Shown one piece after another: positions 8,025 to 18,806 of a stretch of 64,000 nt of DNA. Location: assembly GCA_016213235.1 (NCBI GenBank), contig JACRBE010000055.1:9936-73935 (forward strand), read 5' to 3'. The position numbers and the translations under genes are program-made. Below the pieces are notes generated by a model. It saw only the letters and a program-made list of their open reading frames with translations, made no database searches and had not been told where the DNA came from. Each line of letters opens with the position of its first letter. Positions within the stretch are counted from its first letter, which is position 1. This DNA comes from Chlamydiales bacterium (GTDB taxonomy: Bacteria > Chlamydiota > Chlamydiia > Chlamydiales > JACRBE01).

Positions 8025-9281
8025 TTAATTAGATCCTACAATCTTCCTGCGTAAAACAACCGGCTCACCAATACCATTTACACAATCACCATTGATGATG
8101 ATTTTTTCAACCGTTGGATCAGAGGGTGAGGAATACATCAAATCAATAAGCAGGTTTTCTACAATCATACGAAGCGCTCTTGCCCCGGTTCCTGCTTCTT
8201 TGGCTTTCTTTGCAATCGCAAAATAGGCATCATCTGCAAATTCGAGGATAATACCATCTTCTTCAAAGAGTAGTTGATATTGCTTAATTAATGCATTCTT
8301 TGGTTTTATCAAGATCTCCATCAGATCCTCTACGGTCAGTTCATTGCAATTTGCAATAGAATTAAAACGACCGACAAATTCAGGAATCATCCCAAATTGG
8401 ATCAAATCTTCCGCTGCTATTTTAGATAAAAGATAATTTTGCTCATGATGATCAAAGGTGCGCTTTTCTGCAGCATCAAACCCAATCACCCCTTTACCAA
8501 GACGCTTTGCTATGATCTTATCCAAATTGACAAAAGCCCCACCTACGATAAACAGGATATTTTCTGTATTTACTTTGATGTATTCCTGGTTGGGATGTTT
8601 ACGCCCTCCTTTTGGGGGAACGTTAGCAATGGTCCCTTCCACAATCTTTAAAAGAGCTTGTTGTACCCCCTCACCGGAAACATCCCTGGTGATGGATACA
8701 TTGGAGGTTGTTTTTCTGATTTTATCGATTTCATCGACATAGATAATGCCTTGCTCTGCTCTCGGTATGTCATAATCTGCATTCTGAACAAGACGCAAGA
8801 TAATATTTTCTACATCCTCACCAACATAACCTGCTTCGGTAAGCGTTGTAGCATCAACAATAGCAAAAGGAAGATCTAAAATACGGGCGAGTGTGCGAGC
8901 AAGTAGTGTCTTGCCAGAACCGGTAGGTCCCAGTAATAATACATTCGACTTGCTATATTCGACCTCCGGCTGTTTATCTCCAGCCAGCTGCTTTGCTCTT
9001 ACGCGCTTATAATGGTTATAAACCGCTACAGATACTGTCTTTTTAGCTTTGTCCTGTCCAATAATATATAGACTCAAATGATCAAAAATCTCGGATGGTT
9101 TTAAGAGTTTGAATTCGTGTTGTTCCTGTTTTCCGGTCTGCGTAGATGCTTTTTTATCGATAATATCCATACAAAGATGGACACACTTATCACAAATATA
9201 GGCGCCGGGTCCGGAAATGAGTTTTTCTACTGCATCTTCTGTTCTTCCACAAAAGGAGCACGATGCTGCTGGTTTACTCAT
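8025..9281 (-). CDS. clpX: ATP-dependent Clp protease ATP-binding subunit ClpX.
   Basis: N-terminal zinc ribbon (CSFCGR...CDKC), Walker A GPTGSGKT, and the context tig-clpP-clpX. Confidence 0.95.
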   Translation of the reverse strand: MSKPAASCSFCGRTEDAVEKLISGPGAYICDKCVHLCMDIIDKKASTQTGKQEQHEFKLLKPSEIFDHLSLYIIGQDKAKKTVSVAVYNHYKRVRAKQLAGDKQPEVEYSKSNVLLLGPTGSGKTLLARTLARILDLPFAIVDATTLTEAGYVGEDVENIILRLVQNADYDIPRAEQGIIYVDEIDKIRKTTSNVSITRDVSGEGVQQALLKIVEGTIANVPPKGGRKHPNQEYIKVNTENILFIVGGAFVNLDKIIAKRLGKGVIGFDAAEKRTFDHHEQNYLLSKIAAEDLIQFGMIPEFVGRFNSIANCNELTVEDLMEILIKPKNALIKQYQLLFEEDGIILEFADDAYFAIAKKAKEAGTGARALRMIVENLLIDLMYSSPSDPTVEKIIINGDCVNGIGEPVVLRRKIVGSN

Positions 9282-9287
9282 AGCTAA

Positions 9288-9890
9288 CTATTTTGTCTCC
9301 TTTTTCGTAGAAGTAAGGATTTTATCGACAAGCCCATATTCAATTGCCTGTCCAGGATTTAAATAAAAATCACGTTCAGAGTCTTTGATGATTTTTGCAA
9401 TAGATTGACCGGTATGGTGTGCAATAATTTCAGCACACACTTGTTTCATCATAATGATTTCTTGTGCTTGCACATGAATATCAGAAGATGTCCCGCCAAT
9501 ACCGCCGGATGGTTGGTGGATCATGAGTCTTGAATGGGCAAGAGTATAGCGCTTCCCCTTTGTCCCTGCACACATAAGCAAACAACCCATGGATGCTGCA
9601 TGACCAATACAATAGGTATTGATATCACACCCCAAAAAGCACATGGTGTCATAAATAGCAAGGCCTGCTGATATGAGCCCACCGGGAGAATTAATATAAA
9701 TATTAATATCTTTTTTTGGATCTTCTGCTCGTAAATAAATTAATTGTGCTACAACAGAGTTAGCTACATGGTCGTTAATTTCAGAACCAATAAATATAAT
9801 TCGATCTTTTAAAAGACGAGAATAAATATCGGTTGTGCGCTCTCCACGTCCGGTATCTTCTGTAACATATGGTGTATAGTGCACATCCAC
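9288..9890 (-). CDS. clpP: ATP-dependent Clp protease proteolytic subunit ClpP.
   Basis: 200 aa with ClpP-like sequence ([31 protein letters not shown]) and operon context. Confidence 0.95.
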   Translation of the reverse strand: MDVHYTPYVTEDTGRGERTTDIYSRLLKDRIIFIGSEINDHVANSVVAQLIYLRAEDPKKDINIYINSPGGLISAGLAIYDTMCFLGCDINTYCIGHAASMGCLLMCAGTKGKRYTLAHSRLMIHQPSGGIGGTSSDIHVQAQEIIMMKQVCAEIIAHHTGQSIAKIIKDSERDFYLNPGQAIEYGLVDKILTSTKKETK

Positions 9891-9942
9891 TCCTTTGTGT
9901 CATAATAGCATTTAGATAGAAAAGCTCATCTTAATATAGATT

Positions 9943-11307
9943 CTAAGATTTTTGCAATTGCTCAATCAAATAATCTTCTGCAGCAGATAGCATTTTTCTA
10001 GAAAATATAAGAGCTTGCTCTTCTTGCGAGAGATCTTTGATAGGCGGTTGCTCATGAGCCTCTTCAAACATTGCCTCAATCATATTCATAGGAGCATGCA
10101 TGTTTTCGTCAAAAGAGATTTTAATACGATTGTTTTCTACAATCGTTTTGCATAAATAAAAGAGACGAATAGCATTTGCAGCTTCTTTCATAATAGAGTC
10201 TTTAAAAGAATCGGCATTATCTTTCATCAGTTGATCTTTCAACTTTGGATCACTAATATAGGCTTTCATTCGATGTTGTATTTCTTTCAGCAGCAATGAT
10301 TGCGGGATATCAAAGGTGCTATACTTTTCAAGTAGCTGCTTGCTGATACTATTTCTTAACTCTTGTTGATACGTGCGTTCCCCACGAAGACTTAGCTGTT
10401 TTTGTAATTGGGAATAGACATCCTTCATATTATGTAAACCAAGTTTAAGCGCAAAATCATCATTTAATTCCGGTAAAATGGCTTCTTCTATTTTCTTTAC
10501 GGTAACTCGTACTTTTTTTGGTTGATAATTAGATTTGATCTCTTCCGAATCATCGTCATTTGGTCTACTGATAGTCTCTTTAGCATCCATTGTATTCATG
10601 CCAACTACAGCGTCGATCATCCAGTCTGCCATGGATGCTTTTTTTACAGTAAATCTTGCATCATTAAATACTTTTATTGGTGGACTTTGATCCATGTCCT
10701 CGATATCAAGCAGCACAAAATCACCTTCTTGAACAGATCGATTATCTATAGTAGAATAGGTGGCATAAAATTGTCTGATTTGAGCAATTGTTTCCTCTAC
10801 TTTTTCCTGAGAGACCTCTTCTTTTTTGGAATTTAGGCTAAAGGAGGATGGATCTACATGGGGAATACGGGGCTCTGATTCGAATTGAAAGGTAAATACC
10901 GCATCAGTTGTGGCAAAGGATTTCACATCGAAAGAAATTTTCGACTCTTGACTAACTGGTGGAGTCTTAGCTAAGCGTTGTGATTGAGTATAAGCCATAT
11001 TAGCTAAATCTTTTTTAATTTGCTCATCAACAGCTTTCGGATATTTTTTTAATATCATGAGCTCAGGAGCTTTTCCTTTTCTAAATCCTGGAAGAGTAAC
11101 ATCTTTAGCAACCTTTTTTACTCCAGACTTAGTAGCTTCTTTAATTAAATTTTCTTTTATGGTGGCAGTGAAATGAACAATACAGCTGGGATATTTTTCT
11201 ACTTTTAAAGAAATATTTTCATTTGAAAAGTCTTCCGTGCTGATAGGAGATGGTGTAGTAGCTTTTGCCTTTTCTACAATTTCGGAAATATTTTCTTCGT
11301 TTGTCAT
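9943..11307 (-). CDS. tig: Trigger factor.
   Basis: 454 aa upstream of clpP with a GFRKGKAP ribosome-binding signature. Confidence 0.9.
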   Translation of the reverse strand: MTNEENISEIVEKAKATTPSPISTEDFSNENISLKVEKYPSCIVHFTATIKENLIKEATKSGVKKVAKDVTLPGFRKGKAPELMILKKYPKAVDEQIKKDLANMAYTQSQRLAKTPPVSQESKISFDVKSFATTDAVFTFQFESEPRIPHVDPSSFSLNSKKEEVSQEKVEETIAQIRQFYATYSTIDNRSVQEGDFVLLDIEDMDQSPPIKVFNDARFTVKKASMADWMIDAVVGMNTMDAKETISRPNDDDSEEIKSNYQPKKVRVTVKKIEEAILPELNDDFALKLGLHNMKDVYSQLQKQLSLRGERTYQQELRNSISKQLLEKYSTFDIPQSLLLKEIQHRMKAYISDPKLKDQLMKDNADSFKDSIMKEAANAIRLFYLCKTIVENNRIKISFDENMHAPMNMIEAMFEEAHEQPPIKDLSQEEQALIFSRKMLSAAEDYLIEQLQKS

Positions 11308-11360
11308 GAGCCATCCTTGATAGATTGAAAAGAAGCATCATATGCTTGATTATTAAAAAA

Positions 11361-11432
11361 AGCGGGTGATGAGATTCGAACTCACGACCATCACGTTGGC
11401 AACGTGATGCTCTACCACTGAGCTACACCCGC
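11361..11432 (-). tRNA. tRNA-Gly (anticodon GCC).
   Basis: The reverse complement is GCGGGTGTAGCTCAGTGGTAGAGCATCACGTTGCCAACGTGATGGTCGTGAGTTCGAATCTCATCACCCGCT. It folds as a cloverleaf with anticodon loop TTGCCAA. Confidence 0.9.
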
Positions 11433-11574
11433 GATATTTGGCCATTTAGGATAAAATTTTTCAAGTTTTTCAGCAATAAAATTAAAAAAATATACATTTT
11501 TTCATTGAAGCTCTGGTAAAAAAGATGTAAAAGCTATTTGCTTAGGTCAAATTCACTCTTTATAGGACGAGGCG

Positions 11575-13488
11575 ATGTTAAACTTACGAAAACTAAAACA
11601 GGATTTCTCATCAGGCGTATTAAAAGAAGGGAAACTGTTGTTTGATGAAAAAAAAGTGTTGTCAGCAAAAATTTTGCATTTGGATACAGCAACCCTTCGA
11701 ATCAATGCAAAAATTTTAGGGCAATACAATAACACATATGAAAGTGAAATTGAAATTGATAGAAATGAATGTGAAACTATCGATTCTGATTGCGACTGTC
11801 CTTATCATTATGATTGTCAGCATCTTGCGGCTCTTCTTTATTACCTGGAAGCGAACCTGGATGCTATTTTAGTGCAATATTCCACCGATACGAACTTGGA
11901 TGAAAGAGAAGATATTAATGAGGAGCAAAAGGAGCAAATATTAGATGTTGTAAAAGAAGCCGTATCTAAAGAAGAGGAGAGAAAAGAGGTACAATATCAA
12001 AAAGAATTGATGCAAGAATATATTAATGCCTCAACGATTTTAGCAAAATCTCCATTCTTTTTACCAGTAGAGAAAAAACAGGTGGATCATGCAGAACTGG
12101 CCATTATTTTTTCTTTTTGCACGGAGGCAACGGTAGTTCCCTTAGTGGAGTTACAAATTGCATTGCGCTTGCCATCGAGATCCAAACCGTTATATGTGCC
12201 TCATGCTTGCGAATTTTTAGAAGCGCTGCGATGTGAAGAACCACTTGTGATGGGGGGTAAAAAATATTTGTTTTCCATTGATTCTTTTGCGGATGAACAA
12301 CAAGCGCTTGCTAAAATGATGCTTGATTACGCAAAAGAACATAATCGCATCAATACGGAAAAAGGGCAGAAAATAGCAATCATGGATATGCGAATATTTG
12401 GTATGCTTCTTGCAAAAGCATATACCATTGCTAGCGAGGAATTAAATGCAAGGGGTAGTAGCTTTGATGAAGAGGAGCTCCCTAGTTTACCATGTATTTA
12501 TGAAAATAGCTTGGAATCGCCTCTTCGTTTTTCTAGAAACTATTCTTTATTTGAAATAGGTATTGAATACATCGCTCCTCCTGCATCGAAGGTTTTACTT
12601 GATCCAAAGGTAGTAGTAGATAATAAATCTATTGTACTGGAAGAAGCGCATTTTTTTGAATGTATGAGTCCTGGATTTATCTATGATCATGTTTATTATA
12701 AATTTGATGAACGTATTACAAGGCAACATTTAAAGCATCTTCCGATTTTAAGGGAGCTGACCATTCCTGAGCCACTATTTGGTAGTTTTGTCGAAAACTC
12801 TCTGCCGGAAATTGCTAAATTCGCCACGATTAGAAACAAAGAAAGTATTGAAAAAGTCATTACCCTGCCGTTTGTAGAAAAACTAAAAGCTATATGTAAT
12901 ATTTCGTATCTCGATGGAGAACTGGAGGCTATTTTACATTTCCAATATGGAAATGTGGAAATTCCCGCAGGGAAAAATCAATTAGAGCTTAGTCATTTAC
13001 AAGCCTTTGTTACAAATAATGGTATTCTTGCAAGAAACCTAGTGGAAGAGCGGGAAATGATAGAGGATTTATTCCGTGATTTCCAATTTAATCAAGAGCA
13101 TGGCTCTTTTATTGCAAAATCAGAAAAGAAAATCATCGAGTTCATGACGGAGATAATACCTAGTTATCAAAATAAAGTATTATTTAATTGTCCTCAAAAT
13201 TTACTAGATCAGTTTATCTATGATAGCACCACCTTTACGCTCCAATTATCTCATACAGCTCGTATGGATGTATATGAAATCGATCTGAGAGTGGATGGTG
13301 ATTTGAGAGGTATTAAAATGGATAGACTGTGGGAATGTATCCTATCAAAAAAAGCGTTTATTGAACTTGAAAATACAAGACGCAAAAAAACAGATTCTCC
13401 AAAACTGCCAAAAATATTAGTGCTCGATCTGGATAAGATGGGTTCGATTGTGCAGTTATTTGATGAACTTGGTATTGATAAGCTTTAA
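11575..13488 (+). CDS. SWIM zinc-finger N-terminal portion of a SWIM/SNF2 helicase. It is separated from the helicase portion by one in-frame TAA.
   Basis: The SWIM motif is CDCPYHYDCQHLAALLYYL. It is in the same reading frame as 13498..15045. Confidence 0.8.
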   Translation: MLNLRKLKQDFSSGVLKEGKLLFDEKKVLSAKILHLDTATLRINAKILGQYNNTYESEIEIDRNECETIDSDCDCPYHYDCQHLAALLYYLEANLDAILVQYSTDTNLDEREDINEEQKEQILDVVKEAVSKEEERKEVQYQKELMQEYINASTILAKSPFFLPVEKKQVDHAELAIIFSFCTEATVVPLVELQIALRLPSRSKPLYVPHACEFLEALRCEEPLVMGGKKYLFSIDSFADEQQALAKMMLDYAKEHNRINTEKGQKIAIMDMRIFGMLLAKAYTIASEELNARGSSFDEEELPSLPCIYENSLESPLRFSRNYSLFEIGIEYIAPPASKVLLDPKVVVDNKSIVLEEAHFFECMSPGFIYDHVYYKFDERITRQHLKHLPILRELTIPEPLFGSFVENSLPEIAKFATIRNKESIEKVITLPFVEKLKAICNISYLDGELEAILHFQYGNVEIPAGKNQLELSHLQAFVTNNGILARNLVEEREMIEDLFRDFQFNQEHGSFIAKSEKKIIEFMTEIIPSYQNKVLFNCPQNLLDQFIYDSTTFTLQLSHTARMDVYEIDLRVDGDLRGIKMDRLWECILSKKAFIELENTRRKKTDSPKLPKILVLDLDKMGSIVQLFDELGIDKL

Positions 13489-13497
13489 AACCATAAG

Positions 13498-15045
13498 ATG
13501 GAAAGACCTCTTTGGAATTTGGCAAGTATTGATGCAAGTAATTTTGCAGGGCTGCCGGTGACGTTTGAGATGACACAAAGACTTGTAGAAATAAGGCAGC
13601 AAATGCTAGGAGAAAAAGAGATAGCATATTCTGAAATTCCAAAACAAATTAAAGCAGATTTAAGACCATATCAAGTAGATGGTATCAAGTGGCTGGAGAG
13701 ACTTAGAAAGATGTACCTCAATGGCGTGCTTGCTGATGATATGGGTCTTGGTAAGACACTTCAAGCTATAGTGTCTATCACACAAAATTATGCTCCACAA
13801 GAGACATCGCTTGTTATTTGTCCAACATCACTATTATATAACTGGAAAGAAGAAATATCGAAATTCAATCCAACGCTAAAAGTGGCAGTAATTGATGGTG
13901 TGCCACTGCAGCGCAAAAAGATCATTGAACAATCCAGTACATATCAGGTACTCATTACCTCTTATACATTATTGCAAAAAGATATCGATCATTATCAAGA
14001 CTATGATTTTTCCTATATGATTTTGGATGAGGCTCAACATATTAAAAATAGAGGCACCAGAAATGCGAAATCTGTAAAGAGGGTACACGCAAAACATCGG
14101 ATGATTTTATCAGGTACACCGATTGAAAATTCATTAGATGAACTGTGGAGCCTTTTTGATTTTTTAATGCCTGGATTTTTGGGAACATATGATCGTTTTG
14201 TGGAGAAATATATTCGTGTTGGAAAGGAGGAACAATCAAAAAATCTTGAATACTTAAAGAAAAAAGTCTCTCCATTTATCTTAAGACGTATGAAAGTAGA
14301 TGTTCTTAAGGATTTACCTCCGCTTCAAGAGCTTACTTATCATTGTCAACTTACCGATGCACAACAAGGTCTTTATACTTCTTATGCAGCATCTGCGCGT
14401 GATGAACTGGTAAAACTCGTCGAAAGAGATGGGTTTGATAAAGTACAAATCCATGTGCTTGCAACACTGACAAGACTCAAACAAATTTGTTGCCATCCTG
14501 CGATTTTTGCAAAAGAACAAGCAGAAGAGGGAGATTGTGCAAAATATGAGATGTTACTTGAACTATTACAAACGCTAATAGAAGGTAATCATAAAGTAGT
14601 AATCTTCTCGCAATACACAAAAATGTTGCAGATCATGCGAAATGATTTTGAACAAAAGAAAATACGGTTTGTCTATTTGGATGGATCAAGTAAAAATAGG
14701 CTTGATATTGTCAAACAGTTTAATGAAGACAAGAGCATTTCTGTATTCTTAGTATCACTAAAAGCTGGAGGAACGGGATTAAATCTTGTTGGAGCAGACA
14801 CTGTTATCCACTATGACATGTGGTGGAATCCAGCTGTAGAAAATCAGGCAACAGATAGAGTGTACAGATTGGGACAGGATAAGTCGGTTTCTGTTTATAA
14901 ATTAGTGACAAAGAATACGATAGAAGAGAAAATAGTGGAAATGCAAAACCGTAAGCGCGGCATTGTGAAAAAAATAGTAAGCAGTGATGAAGAAGCATTA
15001 ACGAAACTTACCTGGGAAGATGTCCTTGAGCTTCTACAAGGATAA
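13498..15045 (+). CDS. SNF2-family helicase core (SNF2_N plus helicase C).
   Basis: Motifs ADDMGLGKT, DEAQHIKN, SGTPIEN and QATDRVYRLGQ. Confidence 0.85.
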   Translation: MERPLWNLASIDASNFAGLPVTFEMTQRLVEIRQQMLGEKEIAYSEIPKQIKADLRPYQVDGIKWLERLRKMYLNGVLADDMGLGKTLQAIVSITQNYAPQETSLVICPTSLLYNWKEEISKFNPTLKVAVIDGVPLQRKKIIEQSSTYQVLITSYTLLQKDIDHYQDYDFSYMILDEAQHIKNRGTRNAKSVKRVHAKHRMILSGTPIENSLDELWSLFDFLMPGFLGTYDRFVEKYIRVGKEEQSKNLEYLKKKVSPFILRRMKVDVLKDLPPLQELTYHCQLTDAQQGLYTSYAASARDELVKLVERDGFDKVQIHVLATLTRLKQICCHPAIFAKEQAEEGDCAKYEMLLELLQTLIEGNHKVVIFSQYTKMLQIMRNDFEQKKIRFVYLDGSSKNRLDIVKQFNEDKSISVFLVSLKAGGTGLNLVGADTVIHYDMWWNPAVENQATDRVYRLGQDKSVSVYKLVTKNTIEEKIVEMQNRKRGIVKKIVSSDEEALTKLTWEDVLELLQG

Positions 15046-15108
15046 TATGGGAGAAAAACACAAGAAAATATATTATTACCAAATGTTTAAGTACTTTAGG
15101 CAAAAAAA

Positions 15109-16194
15109 ATGAATCAAAACAACGTATATGAACAATATCATAAAATTAAAAAACTGCTGGCTAAGCGAGTTCGTGGATTTTCCGGCATGTTCTCGAACGA
15201 TATCGGGATTGATCTTGGAACAGCAAATACCTTGGTGTATGTAAGAGGAAAAGGAATTGTACTGGCGGAACCATCGGTTGTAGCAGTTGATGCTACTACC
15301 AATGAAGTGTTGGCAGTTGGACATAAAGCAAAAGCGATGCTCGGTAAAACACCTCGCAAAATTCATGCAGTAAGACCGATGAAAGATGGGGTAATTGCAG
15401 ATTTCGAAATTACAGGGGGGATGTTAAAAGAGCTTATTAAACGTGTTACGCCTTCCAGAAGTTTATTTAGACCAAAAATTCTTATTGCTGTTCCTTCTGG
15501 TAGTACAGGTGTAGAAAAAAGGGCGATAGAAGATTCAGCACTAAGAGCTGGTGCTCAGGAAGTATATTTGATAGAAGAGCCAATGGCAGCTGCAATTGGT
15601 GTAGATCTTCCTGTACATGAACCTGCAGCAAATATGATTGTTGATATTGGCGGTGGTACAACAGAAATTGCAATCATTTCGTTAGGTGGTATTGTAGAAT
15701 CCAGATCTCTTCGAATTGGTGGAGATGAGTTTGATGAGTGCATCATCAACTATATGCGAAGAACGTATAACTTGATGATTGGTCCTCGTACAGCAGAAGA
15801 GATCAAGGTTACAATCGGATCTGCTTATCCTCTTGGTGATCATGAACTGGAAATGGAAGTAAAAGGAAGAGACCAGGTAGCAGGATTGCCACTTACAAAA
15901 AGAATCAACTCTGTAGAGATCAGAGAGTGTCTTGCAGAGCCAATTCAACAAATTATTGAGGGTGTGAAGTTAATACTCGAAAAATGTCCTCCTGAGCTTG
16001 CTGCAGACCTGGTAGAAAGGGGTATTGTGCTTGCAGGTGGTGGCGCGTTGACTAAGGGGCTTGACAAGTGTTTAATTAAAGAATGTGGACTTCCGGTTAT
16101 TGTTGCTCAAAATCCACTTCTTGCTGTCTGTTTAGGCACAGGAAAAGCATTAGAGTATTTGGATGCCTTTAAAAAGAGAAAGGTTTTCATCTAA
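15109..16194 (+). CDS. mreB: Rod-shape determining protein MreB.
   Basis: Motifs [14 protein letters not shown] and [16 protein letters not shown]. It has the N-terminal extension seen in chlamydial MreB. Confidence 0.95.
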   Translation: MNQNNVYEQYHKIKKLLAKRVRGFSGMFSNDIGIDLGTANTLVYVRGKGIVLAEPSVVAVDATTNEVLAVGHKAKAMLGKTPRKIHAVRPMKDGVIADFEITGGMLKELIKRVTPSRSLFRPKILIAVPSGSTGVEKRAIEDSALRAGAQEVYLIEEPMAAAIGVDLPVHEPAANMIVDIGGGTTEIAIISLGGIVESRSLRIGGDEFDECIINYMRRTYNLMIGPRTAEEIKVTIGSAYPLGDHELEMEVKGRDQVAGLPLTKRINSVEIRECLAEPIQQIIEGVKLILEKCPPELAADLVERGIVLAGGGALTKGLDKCLIKECGLPVIVAQNPLLAVCLGTGKALEYLDAFKKRKVFI

Positions 16195-16196
16195 AG

Positions 16197-17999
16197 ATGG
16201 ATATTTTAAATGATATTCAATCTCAGCAGTTAAAAAAATGGGTGAGGGAAATTGTTGCTTTATGTGAGCCAGGATGGGTTCATCTCTGTGATGGCTCGCA
16301 AGCAGAATTTCAATCTTTTGCAGATGCATTAGTAGAAAAAGGTGTATTTGTTGCACTCAATCAAGATAAGAGACCCAATAGCTATTGGTGCGCCTCTGAT
16401 CCAAAGGATGTTTCGAGGGTAGAAGATAGAACATTTATTTGCGCTCCAGATAAAGAAGATGTAGGTCCTACCAATCATTGGGAGGATCCTATTCTTATGA
16501 AGAAAAAGCTACGGAGTATATTTAATGGATGCATGCGAGGAAGGAAAATGTATATTATTCCCTTTAGCATGGGTCCTTTTGGATCTCCCTTCTCTATTTT
16601 AGGGGTACAAATTACGGATAGTCCTTATGTTGTCTGTAATATGCACATGATGACTCGTATGGGCAAAGAGGCTTTTGAATTAATTGAAAAAGGATCCAGT
16701 TTTGTTCCATGTATTCACTCTGTTGGTGTGCCTCTTGATCGTGAAGAAGAAGATGTGCCATGGCCATGTAGAGAGGATAAGGATAAGTATATCGTACACT
16801 TTCCGCAAACAAAGGAAATCTGGTCCTTTGGTAGTGGATATGGTGGCAACGCATTACTTGGTAAAAAGTGCCTGGCGCTGCGTATTGCATCGGAGATAGG
16901 TAAAGAGCAAGGATGGCTTGCAGAGCATATGCTAATTATCAAAATCACGAATCCTACCGGCCAGCATAAATATCTTGTAGCAGCATTCCCAAGCTCTTGT
17001 GGTAAGACGAATTTAGCGATGTTAACATCTGTATTGCCGGGATGGAAAATAGAGTGTGTAGGCGATGATATTGCTTGGATGCGGTTTAAAGAAGATGGAA
17101 GACTTTATGCGATCAATCCTGAGTATGGGTTTTTTGGTGTTGCGCCAGGGACATCTTGGAAAACAAATCCAAATGCAATGAAAACAATAGAGAAAAACAC
17201 CATTTTTACCAATACGGCGCTAACACAAGATGGTGATGTATGGTGGGAAGGGATGAGCGAGCAACCTCCTTTAATTGCTATGAACTGGAAAAAGGAGAGT
17301 TGGACAAAGGAATCAAAAGAAAAAGCAGCGCACCCTAATTCTCGTTTTACGGTATGCGCTAAACAATGCCCTATTTTAGATACTGCGTTTGATTCTCCGG
17401 AGGGAGTTCCTATTGATGGAATTATTTTTGGAGGTAGAAGAGCATCTGTTATGCCGCTTATTTGTGAAGCTAAAGACTGGGAGCATGGTGTATTCATGGG
17501 CGCTTCACTATCTTCTGAAATGACAGCAGCAGCAGTCGGGGAAATAGGAAAATTAAGACATGATCCTTTTGCGATGCTTCCTTTTTGTGGTTATCATATG
17601 GGAGATTATTTTCAGCATTGGATCAATATGAAGGATCACCCAAATTGTAAATTACCAACAATTTTTCATGTAAATTGGTTTTTAAAAAATAAAGAAGGTA
17701 ACTATCTTTGGCCCGGATATGGGGAAAATACTCGTGTATTAAAGTGGATCTTTGATCGAATCGACAATAAAGTAAAAGCGCAAGAGACTCCTATTGGTTT
17801 TATACCGTATGTAAAAGACATTGATATCTCCAACTTAAAGATAAATCAAACTACATTAGAGCAATTGCTTTTTATTGATAAAGCAGCATGGCGTCAAGAG
17901 CTAAGCAATCTCAAAGAGTATTTCAAACAGTTTTATCCAAGACTTCCAGCTGTTTTTGAGCATATTATCGAGAAATGTCGTAAAGAATTTTCATCATGA
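16197..17999 (+). CDS. pckG: Phosphoenolpyruvate carboxykinase (GTP).
   Basis: 600 aa with FPSSCGKTNLAML and GDDIAWM motifs. Confidence 0.95.
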   Translation: MDILNDIQSQQLKKWVREIVALCEPGWVHLCDGSQAEFQSFADALVEKGVFVALNQDKRPNSYWCASDPKDVSRVEDRTFICAPDKEDVGPTNHWEDPILMKKKLRSIFNGCMRGRKMYIIPFSMGPFGSPFSILGVQITDSPYVVCNMHMMTRMGKEAFELIEKGSSFVPCIHSVGVPLDREEEDVPWPCREDKDKYIVHFPQTKEIWSFGSGYGGNALLGKKCLALRIASEIGKEQGWLAEHMLIIKITNPTGQHKYLVAAFPSSCGKTNLAMLTSVLPGWKIECVGDDIAWMRFKEDGRLYAINPEYGFFGVAPGTSWKTNPNAMKTIEKNTIFTNTALTQDGDVWWEGMSEQPPLIAMNWKKESWTKESKEKAAHPNSRFTVCAKQCPILDTAFDSPEGVPIDGIIFGGRRASVMPLICEAKDWEHGVFMGASLSSEMTAAAVGEIGKLRHDPFAMLPFCGYHMGDYFQHWINMKDHPNCKLPTIFHVNWFLKNKEGNYLWPGYGENTRVLKWIFDRIDNKVKAQETPIGFIPYVKDIDISNLKINQTTLEQLLFIDKAAWRQELSNLKEYFKQFYPRLPAVFEHIIEKCRKEFSS

Positions 18000-18439
18000 A
18001 AGCAATCATCCAATGTGTAAGCAGTGCAAGTGTATCAGTGGGTGGAAATGTCGTTTCTTCCATTAACAAGGGAATGCTTGTTTTGCTTGGTATTCATCTA
18101 TTAGATGCACCAGAAAAAATAGATTCTTTTGTAACTAAATTATTAGAGCTGCGGTTTTTCCCGGATGATCAGGATAAAATGAACTTATCGATACAAGATA
18201 TCCAGGGAGAAATTCTAGTAGTGTCTCAATTTACCTTATATGCAGATTGCTCAAAAGGACGAAGACCATCGTTTACACAAGCAATGGGTGGAGCCCAAGC
18301 GCTTATTATCTATGAGACATTGGTTCAAACATTGAAAAACAAGTACGAAGCAAACAAGATAAAAACAGGTGTCTTTGGAGCTAACATGCAGGTTAGTCTT
18401 GTCAATGAAGGTCCTGTAACACTGGAAGTCGTCCTATAA
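17996..18439 (+). CDS. dtd: D-aminoacyl-tRNA deacylase.
   Basis: 147 aa with VSQFTLYADCSKGRRPSF. It has a 4-nt overlap with pckG. Confidence 0.9.
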   Translation: MKAIIQCVSSASVSVGGNVVSSINKGMLVLLGIHLLDAPEKIDSFVTKLLELRFFPDDQDKMNLSIQDIQGEILVVSQFTLYADCSKGRRPSFTQAMGGAQALIIYETLVQTLKNKYEANKIKTGVFGANMQVSLVNEGPVTLEVVL

Positions 18440-18589
18440 TTTTCACCCATTTTGATGCTTAAGACTGTTCTAGTATGTGTCTAATTCAAATAATCTATTG
18501 TCTTTCTAAAAGGCTGATTTTCGCCATATAAAAATGCCTGTAAATATGTAAACGCTTTTTTGTGGCCACTTTTTGTATCTTAAAATCGA

Positions 18590-18628
18590 GCAGCAAACAG
18601 TCTGTTTTACTGTTTGCTGCTTGATTTT
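18590..18628 (+). terminator. Stem-loop terminator downstream of dtd.
   Basis: Stem gcagcaaacag / ctgtttgctgc with a 9-nt loop, followed by ttgatttt. Confidence 0.6.
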
Positions 18629-18806
18629 CTTTCTGTCGCGAGGATATGCTCATGTCATAGAATGTAGGAGTTAAAATGAAACCATCTCAGTTTATAGGCC
18701 GTAATGCTGAAATAACCAGACCTGAAGGACTTTTAGACAAGAAAAGCTTTGTAAATGAGTCGCAGGCATAGCCCAGTATGGAGCTTTTAAGCAAATGATT
18801 ATTATC

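Noticed and set aside
18547-18561. The string tgtaaacgctttttt, which resembles the IS terminal repeat ttgtaagcgtttttt.
   Set aside because: There is only about 14 nt of similarity in T-rich DNA, and no adjacent IS interior. This could be chance.
18676-18771. A 31-aa ORF (MKPSQFIGRNAEITRPEGLLDKKSFVNESQA) with an upstream ggag, just downstream of the Fic gene's 3' end on the opposite strand.
   Set aside because: It could be a remnant or a small antitoxin-like peptide, but it has no homology signal I can recognise and is very short.
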